DNA of 62,785 nt, counting the filler, from Dugesia japonica (taxonomy: Eukaryota), in the NCBI GenBank assembly GCA_001938525.1. It is 7 parts of 7 records of this genome, joined end to end, with 100 filler letters (N's around TTAATTAATTAA, not from the genome) between each part and the next. Parts side by side here need not be neighbours in the genome. Positions count along the whole stretch, not along the records: positions 45,320 to 54,386 come from MQRL01633247.1; positions 54,487 to 62,785 come from MQRL01183329.1; 5 more parts are not named here. One strand, 5' to 3'. Position 1 is the first letter of the stretch. Each line of letters opens with the position of its first letter. Positions 52,938-62,785 of the stretch are shown one piece after another. The notes beneath the pieces are model-generated. The model was not told the DNA's origin. It ran no database searches and was given only the letters and a program-made list of their open reading frames with translations. The position numbers and the translations under genes are program-made.

Positions 52938-54386
52938 ATATTATACTAATAAATATTTTCGAGTATCTTTAGTTTGAATTCTATGTGTAACTTAAGGGAA
53001 AATAGTGAACCTTGATAAAAAAAACCTATGGGCGCTAACCTCCCATTAAGAGAGAGATCAACCACCATATGCTGAATACCTGACCAAGGGGCGTCAGGTT
53101 AAATTCTTGAAAGGGTTCCCCTTAGGGTTGTTTTTTCCCAGCCACTATTTTCGTCATTCGACTCAGGTGGGACCCCAACAATAATATCATTAAAAATAAT
53201 AATGAAAAATCTTTCTGAACAAAACTTTCAATTCTCGTGGCAAAGAAAACTTCTTTTACAGTGACATTCAAATTGATTAAATTGAAGAAAACAGTTTGTT
53301 TATTGGTAAGAAACTAAACTAAATTCACGGATTATCCAAAAGTAATGTATTGAAATTTTATATCAACGCTTCATTCAATAATAATAATAACAATAAAACT
53401 TTCTGAATATAGAATCATAAATAATAAATTTTTCGATTGTTTTCAGTCTTCTATTTTTATTAAATTTCTTCAAACATATAGATACTGATATGATCNNNNC
53501 TCGTAATAATAAGTGTGCTGAAGTATTGTGTTTTTGTAATTCTGTGGCTGTGTTTTATATTAACTCGATGATGATTAAGACGATCTCATTCGCTAACCAA
53601 TCATCTCGCATTATATCTTCAACCGCATTTTACTGCTTGCAACGATACCGTATATACTTACAGGTTTGTTTCCTTTCTATATCCGCTTCACTATATGGTA
53701 GTTGAGTGATAGCAAATTTGATTTTCCAAATGTGTTATCAATTTGGTAAGTTCTTTGTTTAAAATTGAACACTTTTTAACTATTCCTCTTTCTGTATCGT
53801 TTTTTATCTCCCATTGAGGGTTATTTTTGGTAACCAACTGACATTTTTTCTTTGTATTTACTCTTTTGTGGCCTCTTATAGGTCTTTTTACGAATTAAAA
53901 TTTTAAATAAAATAAATCAATTTATACATATCTGTAAACTTAATGATCAGATAATAATCAGTGACTTTCCTTTTAAAATGTACGATAAAAAACTTTATTA
54001 ATGTATTATAAATTTTATTTATATCAGTGAAAAACAGTTTTTTAAATAAATTTTATATATTTAAATTATTATTATGATTGCCATATACGCATAATCACAT
54101 CTGATTGGTTAATTTAAAAAACCCTTGATNNNNNNNNNNNNNNNNNNNNNNNNNNNNNNNNNNNNNNNNNNNNNNNNTGAATTTTCAGAGATAAAAAATA
54201 ATTTATTATTTTCTTATTTATTTATTATTAAGCTGAAATTAAGGTTAAAGAACAGAGTGTCGTGAATAATTTTAATGTAGGTCAAAGACATAAATTAAAT
54301 GAACAAGAAAATATTGATGAATTCTTTCAAATGGTCACATTAATTTTCAATATTTTTCTTCTGGACTTTAGAAAGATAATTTGATA

Positions 54387-54486
54387 NNNNNNNNNNNNNN
54401 NNNNNNNNNNNNNNNNNNNNNNNNNNNNNNTTAATTAATTAANNNNNNNNNNNNNNNNNNNNNNNNNNNNNNNNNNNNNNNNNNNN
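54387..54486. other. Artificial 100-bp contig linker
   Basis: N44-TTAATTAATTAA-N44. Confidence 0.95.
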
Positions 54487-55275
54487 CAATTGTCTGAAAT
54501 CCAAACATATTCTTATGTCCTTCTTTTCCTTTTTCCGAACACAAATCAGTGAGGTATTCTATGGAGAGTTGCATTTCCAGATAATATTATTCTCATAAAG
54601 GCTTTTATAGCTTCTTCAATTTAAGATTCTAAGTTCATTGGTTGCAATACGGTTTTACATTGATTGGTTCACCACTTGTGATTATTTTGTGTTTTGTCAG
54701 ATGTGTACGTCTTATATCTCATTTTCTGTCATGAAAACAATTTCTTTATTTTCAAAAACCGTTGATCGTCTTTAATAATTAGAGTATTTAAAGCTTTTGT
54801 CAATCGATCTCCAATTTTTAATTTGTCTTCCAGACTTTATTTCAATTATGAAAATTTAATTTCCAATCTTTTCTTTTGTTTTAATATCTACCTTTTGAAA
54901 TAGTTGGCATTCAAAGGGCTTCTGTATATCTATTCCTACAATCATATCTGGTGTCACTCTTTCTGCAACTAAGAAAGTAAGCTCTTTGAAAATTCTATCA
55001 ATTGTCACTCTAGTCTTAACATTACCAACAATATTCAGTGTACTATCTTTTACACAACGCAATTTTTCAACGCTAATTTCTAAATGTAATTATCGTATTG
55101 TATTCTGTGTAATTCCTTTAGCATCAAAATGCAATTCACAACGCTTTATAAATTTTTCAACATTATCTGTGTAGAACATTTTTGGCAATAGCCTATTGGT
55201 AATTGAATCGGTATTTACCGCTGCCATTATTTTAGGTAATTTATTTTCTAACCCACTACTAATCATTTCAGACAT
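54487..55275 (-). mobile_element. Gypsy gag/protease/RT-start remnant
   Basis: Gag PKMFYTDNVEKFIKRCELHF, protease FLVAERVTPDMIVGIDI, and KHKIITSGEPI. Confidence 0.75.
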
Positions 55276-55459
55276 ATTAACAATTTATTTCATAATCAAC
55301 AACTATATATGTATATATTTAGTTGTTAAATTTATATATATAGTATACAATCAACAATATTAAACCAACTAAAAGTTGTAATATTAATTTACTATAATAA
55401 AATATGAAAGTTTAATAAATAATGAAATCTTTATAAAATCACACCTAACACTCGCCATT

Positions 55460-57110
55460 TAAAAATGTTCTAAATCTTTCAATGTTTTGAATTATTTCTT
55501 TTCCTATTTCATCAATCAGCACGTTCTATCTGTCGTGGATCTCTTTTTTAATATTTGATGGTCCTTCATATTTATTCTTCCCTTTGTTCCTGGTTTCAAT
55601 TTCGACCAAAACTTCGTCACCTATTTAAATCTCTCTCCTTGTAATAATCGTATTTGGAATAAAAACCTTTGTAATCATTGTCTTATCCTCTTTCTTCTCC
55701 AACTGCCATTATTTTCCATTAGTTAACTACCCAAAACCAACTCTTCCGAGCTGGTTTATTTCGGATTTTGCTTAGTCGCCTTAAGTGCAAACTTGATTTT
55801 CGGCAATAACTCGGTCTAATCTCTCATCTCTGCTGTATAGTTGCATTCAAACATTTTCGTATCGTCCCAAATTCCCGTTCAATTTATCCATTAGTTTGAT
55901 GATGGTATGGACTTCCCCATTGTCAACAAATTTTCAACTTTTTGTCCAATCCTTCATCTATTTAGATTCAAAAACATTATTATAATTGGATCGAAGCTCT
56001 CTAAGGCATCTAAATTTCCAAATCCAATTCTTCCATTAGCTCATCTGAATTGTTACTTCATTCTGTAATGTCAATGCTACCAGTTTAATATATTTGCTAC
56101 CTTGATCAATCCTACACAAAATGGATTTCTTCCTCACTTGCTTTTTCTTCAACGGTTCCCAAATATCCACAAAACCACTTTGAATGGTTTAAAACTTGGC
56201 GAAAAAACCTTTTTGATACTTTTTGACACCACTTACATATCCAAAACAGTTCTCTTATCCTGTATTTCACGTCGATTTCCTCGTATCTTGACAAAATATA
56301 ATTTGCTGTATTTTTTGGATCTTTGTTGCATAATAATCTAAGGATCTTAGCAATTTGTTTGTCTGTTTTGGCTACTGCTAACCAAACTTTGTCTCCTATT
56401 TTTAGCCTATATTTTCATTAGGTCTGTTTGGATTTATTTCTTGCAGATTATATGATCTAAAACTCCTGTCAAGCACCAATCACCTGATAATTTTCTTCCT
56501 TTGATTTAGAGAAAATCAAAATATTGTCTAGATCTACCATCGATCTTCAAATCCTCTGAATTACTTCTGTATTAATCTTCTGAAATTTCCCCTTTTGCGA
56601 CGGCTATCACAAGCGGAATCCTGTTTTTTCTTGAGATTGTTTATCTGATTCCACTTAATAATATGCATTTCCTAGATCTTTAAAGCTAAAATAAATTGCC
56701 CACACTAAAGTATCTAACGTTCTATCACATTTTTCATAGGAAATGTCTCTCTCTCCGTAATTTTGTTCAATCTCTTAAAATTCAAGCATAACGTAATAAT
56801 TTATTCCTCTTTTTTTCTAGACACAATTCATGGAAGTATTCCATGGCGAGTTACATCTCCTGACAATATGATCTATAACGTTTAAATGACCATATTTATT
56901 ATAGCTTCCATCGTTTATTTTATTTCCATTTATTATCCTTTTTCCTTGATAATAGTTTTCATTTCTTCCTGTCTCATATCATCCACAGGTATTCCCTCTA
57001 TTGTTCATTCTTTGACATTCTCTACGAATATGACCTCTTCATCCACAACGATAACATTGGATCGGCTATGTTTCCTGGCACATCCTGCTGGTATGTCTAA
57101 CCACCTCCTT
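55460..57110 (-). mobile_element. Gypsy remnant (gag knuckle, RT, integrase)
   Basis: CNSPWN, integrase PYHHQTNG.IER and WIWKFRC. Heavily decayed. Confidence 0.75.
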
Positions 57111-57519
57111 CAACATAAAATCATATCAAAAAGCAATGGAAATGTGGGAAATAAATGGATGTAAAAATTTATTTGATTAGATGCTAGTTTATTAAAAGTT
57201 GAACGTCCGTATTTTGGTTGATATTTTTAAGTAATTTTGAGCCAAACCGATAGCTTACAATAACTTGGAACAACTTTCTTAAAGAAACAATTTGTTTGGA
57301 CTGACCAAGTTATATTTGTTAAACAGTGTTGGATCTATCAAAGCTAAGAATGGAACAGAGGCAGTAAATTGAACTTGAAAACTATCATAAAAAAGAGTAC
57401 TGTACAATAAACTTAGTAGCTGGAGATATAAATAGCTTCTTCATGAAAGTAAAAAAGCATTAGGAAAGAGAACCTAATAATAATGTTAATAAGTAGAAAT
57501 AAGAAGTCTAGAGGATGAA

Positions 57520-58060
57520 GTAGTGGTTGCCATGCCAATCATGATGCAATTATTACACAAGTATTATTTAATCGTTATATAAGTGGTACGTAATCATCCC
57601 GTAACTATTATAGAACTATTATGAAACTGTTACATGATAATTATGTAACGATTCCATTATTATTACTATGCTTAATGGTTACAATGATAACGAATAAACA
57701 ATAGTTGCCATAGTAGCGTTTATCATGGAGCGGTTTCCATGGAAACAATGACGTACTTCTTACATTAGAGAGCATTGCGTAACTCCGTCACGATGTTAAC
57801 CACAATAATTGTTTCCATGGCTACCATAACGTAACTATTACGTACGCATTAAATAATCATAATGTAATTATCACACGATAATTTCGTAAATATTACGTAA
57901 CTGCTATGTAACTATGGTGTAAATACTACTATATGATTGCCATGACAGCTAGTACGTACCAGTTTACATTGTAATGGTTGTCATGGAAACCATGAGGTAA
58001 CATCATTATTAGAGACTATTGTGTAACTCATATACGACGGTTTGTATGCTGATCAAATTT
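57520..58060. repeat. Degenerate repeat packed with RFX X-box-like and TTAYGTAA motifs
   Basis: GTTTCCATGGAAAC at 57733, GTTTCCATGGCTAC at 57811, GTTGTCATGGAAAC at 57977 and others. About 244-bp internal periodicity. Confidence 0.65.
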
Positions 58061-59512
58061 TACCAGTAACGTTTAACATAATCATATAGCATAATCATAT
58101 TCTTCCATTGAAAATGTGTAAATAGATAAACTTACCTACATTATTTCTCTATAAATTTTCAAATTTATACAAACCATAGTCTGCAAAAATGAAAAATACT
58201 GCCAATCCCAAATTCATGATGATTACCATAAAGTAATTGTTAGATGAGTTTGGATTACCCATCGATGAATTAAATTTACAAATTTATTCCATTAAAGATT
58301 TATTCACAGTACAAAAACAATGACCATCATTATTAGTTTATTCAAACAAATTAAAACTCTATGCTTAGTTAGAAATCTCAATCTTTTTTATTTATTAAAA
58401 TTTAAAATAAAATACTTATGTTATTTCAGCCAAAATTACAAGATAGTTCATCTATGATTTCCCCATTATAAAACAGAAACATTATGAATAAAATTTAATT
58501 TTCCTGTTGTTATTTATCTTTTAACAATTATGTTTAATCCTAAGAGTGCTTATGGATCTTATCACTCACATCCCTTTTTTAATTTGTTTTCAAATTTTGC
58601 TTCAATATTACATATGTAATTTACAACTTGTGCATCCGTTTCACTGTCACCTTTTTGTACAAGGTAGTATCCAAAAGTCTTCTACATATTTACTACATTA
58701 GTCAGATCTGATGTCCCTCTTTCTGCAACTAACAAAAGAACAACTTAGTAAATTTCATCAATTGACATTTTAGTTCTAACTTTCTCAACAATTTCAAATG
58801 TACTATCGATTGCACACCTCAATATTTCATCTTTCATTCACAAGTGTAGCTTTTATAATTTTATAAAACAACTCAAACTCATAATATTAATTCGAGCTTC
58901 TGTAACTAAAATACGCTCAACTTTTTTTCTTCAAATAGAAACCATTACAATTTCTCTGCCTTCTAATTTATGGTACGAAATATTCGTTTTGTTAAGATAT
59001 CACCGTTGATTCAAACAATTTAATCAATTTTAATCAATTTAAACAATGTAAACAATTTAATTTTTTACAAATAAATTTTGTTTTGATCGAAGCCTTATCT
59101 TATTTTAATGAAATCAATTTAATCAGGTTGATATATATCAAATCGATAATCTTCTGTGTGGTACTTCATTGTAAATCTCATAATGATGTTTATCATCCAG
59201 AGAAATCATTTATAAATATAAATATAAATATATAAAATAAAATCTAATTTAATAGTACAGAATGACTCACGGCGGTCTATTATTTTCATTAAACAATGTT
59301 ATAATAACTGGGCAATAACACCTGACCTGGGAATAATAACATGTAAACACAAAATTTCAAATAATATACTTGAATTATAAATAAAATTAACTTTCATTTA
59401 AATTATTTGCATTGTTTAAAATTTCTTCATGCAAACTTTTGTAATATTTATATTTATTTATTATTAAATTTTTATCTAGGTGGTTTTTGTTTCTTTTTAT
59501 TTCTTTTTTAGT

Positions 59513-60055
59513 AGTTATTTGAATTTTTGACTATTGTCTTCTGCAGGAATTTAACTTTCTGATTTATCTAACCAAAATTAAGATAATTTACAAAATTTTT
59601 TTCATTTTATTGAAATTTTATTTGATAATTTTCCATAATTTATTTAAGTTTATTTTAATTATTATAAATTACATTGATTTCAGATTTATCCTTTTGATTG
59701 TTATTTCTTCATGTTCCTTCCTGTGAAGTGTGGAAATTTAAACTGTTCCTAATGCTGTCCATGTTATATGATGTTGTTCAAGTGAAATTTAATATATTTG
59801 TGTGGAAAGTGTTTGAAGACTTCACTTTCTTTTTGTTTGAATTGTTCCGTAATTCTTGTTAAAGTGGTTCTGCATTTTTCACCTAAATATGTTTCTTTTC
59901 AAATGATGCGTTATTTTATAAGTGGCATTTTTCTACCATAATAATGTATTTGAGAACAGAAAAGTGTTGGTTTCTGTAATAGAATACCCAAATGTGTTTG
60001 AGTTTTGAATTCTTTATTATATTTTGCATGATTTGGCTACATTTTTCATTAATAA
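59513..60055 (-). mobile_element. Penelope-like 3' fragment with mutated hammerhead (59513-59556)
   Basis: Colinear with 15428-16000. GIY-YIG remnant TYLGEKCRTTLTRI. The ribozyme core reads CUGCAGA...AAAA. Confidence 0.75.
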
Positions 60056-60928
60056 AATATGTCTAATATAACAATAATTTAACATTTATATTGAAATTTA
60101 TGTAAAACATGGGAATATTCGATTACATATGGAATATAAATCTATCATTTTACAGTTTCTGCATGCATTATATTTTAATGAAAGAAATTGTGCTGAAAAA
60201 TTGCAGATCGTATGTCCACAGTAAACTTGGCGTCAACATGGTTATATTGTCGTATTCAAAAAAATATAAATGATTATAAAAAATATTAATGCAAATATCT
60301 ACAGACAAACAAAAGATTTCATTAAAATAATAGCTTTGATTATAATGTTGTTTTGTTTCTTTTTATTTGCGTAACTACCAAAAAAGAAATAAAATGAATT
60401 TTATCGAAATATTGGAAAAAAGTAAAACATTTTTTCATTCAATTTTACAGAAAATTATCTGAATAATATAATACTTACAGAACAATTTTAATATGGATGT
60501 AAGAATTAGCTTATATTTTAGGAATCTTTTTTAATTTTAAAGAGTGAATTAAAAAGAGCATATTAAAATTAATCCTTAAACTTATTTAGTATGTTTTTAG
60601 GTAAAATTTTAATTAAATGTAGCAAAGTCTAAATTTTTAAATTGAAAGATAATTTCTGTAAGATTATATATAAATATAAACTTAAAACTGTTTGGTATAT
60701 TTTTATTTTCTGTTAAACTTTAATTAAATATATTAGGATGAATTTATTGAATGTTTTAATATTTAAATATTAACTTGTAAATATTTTTGAATTTCACGGC
60801 ATAAATGTTTCTAAAATATTCTTTCATTGAAATATTAATGAAAGTAAATTTGTTTGAATATTTGGTATATTCATCTTTTTTAAAATTAAAAAAAAACACT
60901 AAAACAATTTGTGATTAAATAAATATTT

Positions 60929-62755
60929 ATGGAAACGTGCAATATTGTTAACCAAACTAATATGGAGACAAACATATCATTGGATTTGCTAATGGAAGGA
61001 ATTCATCCCAGAACTTTCAGAAAAGCCGATTATGTTGAAAACTTTTTGTCGAGAATAACAAAATATTTTAATGGATCGGGAATAAAGAAAAACCTTGAAA
61101 ATTTTTCGTAATTGCTTTTCTAAATAAAATACTACGAGAAAATTATGAGAATGGAGAGGAAGCATTAGAATTCGAAGAAAGATCAAGGAACGCCTTTTTC
61201 AAATCGTCGCCAATTCTTAAAGATTTGGAATAAGCTTTAAGTTATCGAAGAAATGGAAAGCATATAAGTATCTATCGGATGAATATATAAGAAATAGTAG
61301 AAAATTTATTGGCTAACAAATAAAACAAAAATGATTTAACAAAGAAGCTAATAATGAATAGTTGCAATGACAGAAAGGTAAAATATAAAATCAAATCAGG
61401 AAAAATAAAAAATGTAAAAGATGTATTTAGAACAATAAAAGAATGGGAAACATAAAAGACGAAGTAAAAATTGAAGAAATAAAAATTTTTTTTATATATG
61501 AATTGAGAGAAGTTTTTGAATGTTTGTTAAAAGTTAATAGAAAAATAATTTTATTTTAATATTTTTATTGTTTTGATATTTTAATGTTTTAATATTTTAC
61601 TATATTTGTTTTTTTAAACATTAAAGAGATTTTCAATTCAATTTAATTAAAAAAGATTTTTTTGAAATTTAAAATAAAAAAATTTATAAATTAAATAGAC
61701 CAATAAAATTTTGATAGAATATAAAGAGTTTTGTATCAAAGATCTATTATCGTTTTGAATCTATCATTCATGAAGAAGACAGGTGTCGAAAATTGAAATT
61801 TCTATAAAAATAAATTTTGTTTTGATCGAAGCTTTTTCTTTATTTTAATGAAATCTCAAATGCAATCAATGGATAGATACAGTTTGCAGAAGTTTAAACA
61901 AGAATCGTAACGAAGGTATACAGCAGAACGAATAATCACGTATAGTACTTGTAACAAAATATGTCATGTAAGCAGAAATTGTAAGAAAAGAAAAAATGTG
62001 TTGTGATTATGGATCTGAACAACACTGATGAATAGACTGTACCGTAGTTAGTTGCTCAAGATGCAATAAGAAAGGACACTTAAAAAAGGATTATTACACA
62101 AATATGAACTGGCAGTTTTATTATCAGAATAAAAGTGAACATATCAGAAAAGAATTAGGAAATGGCAAACAAAGATATTATCTAAAAAAATAAATAAGAA
62201 CACAAGAAGTAATGGAGGTCATGTCAATACTATTGAGAAAAATGAAAGAAATAGTAGATGTAGAGAAGATAAAGGATATTGTTACAAGAAAAAAATTAAT
62301 ATATTTCAGGAGGAATCCCCAAATGCCGAAGCTCTGACCAAAATTGAGAGTGTTTGAGTGTTGAATTAAATATCACAAAAAATTGTAATAACGTTTAGTA
62401 AAACTAGTGTACACAATAAAATAAATGAACGAAAGTTAGATAATATAGTGGTTAACAACGGTGATGTAAAATAAAAGGTTTACAAGTTTATTAATTAAAA
62501 AAATGATTGAAAGCAAACCAGAAATGATAAATGATATAAATAATGAAGATAGTAATGCAATTTCGACGATGAAATAAATGAAAAAAGCAAAGTATAAATC
62601 ATGACAAGATGCAAGGTAGACCAAGTGTAAAGGTTGAGAATCAACAAATAAGAATTGACTGTATGTTAGACACTGGATCAAGCGTTAATGTAATTAGATT
62701 GAATATTTTTGAAAGATTAGGAAAAGTCAATAAAATAAAAAATGAAGATTATTTA
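60929..62755 (+). mobile_element. Gypsy gag-protease remnant interrupted by a pseudo-LTR
   Basis: Gag HPRTFRKADYVENFL, CCHC knuckles CNKICHVSRNC and CSRCNKKGH, and protease LDTGSSVNVI near 62665. Confidence 0.8.
61690..61873 (+). mobile_element. Penelope-type pseudo-LTR with degenerate hammerhead (about 61766-61798)
   Basis: Homologous to 3060-3256. Reads attc-ATGAAGA-agacaggtgtc-GAAA-att-g, with C3 and the cleavage site mutated. Confidence 0.6.
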
Positions 62756-62785
62756 GGATTTTATAATTACAATTATTGTGAGAAT

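Overview
Very AT-rich eukaryotic DNA with 40-49 bp introns and (AAT)n tracts; probably a planarian/triclad flatworm (inference). The window is not one continuous locus. Six identical 100-bp artificial linkers (N44-TTAATTAATTAA-N44) split it into seven pieces of about 8-10 kb, so adjacency across linkers carries no meaning. Host genes: four exons of meiotic MSH5, one testin/LMCD1-type exon, a two-exon fragment of an unidentified gene, and an intronless MS4A/CD20-like four-TM gene with a PPPY tail. The rest is mostly decayed mobile DNA: Mos1-like and cecropia-like mariners, hAT, Tc1, many Gypsy fragments, an RTE LINE, Penelope-like elements with minimal hammerhead ribozyme motifs (one with an intact core), and Polinton/adintovirus remnants (pPolB, major capsid protein, two integrase types, a small QxGGF protein) on four different pieces. 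Unexplained signals: a GC-richer multi-ORF segment (48.1-53.2 kb) with back-to-back paralogous orphan ORFs and a coiled-coil frame, a dense RFX X-box/bZIP motif cluster (57.5-58.1 kb), and a foldback repeat rich in TCAAGGTCA motifs. All calls come from manual reading and remembered family motifs; no searches were run.
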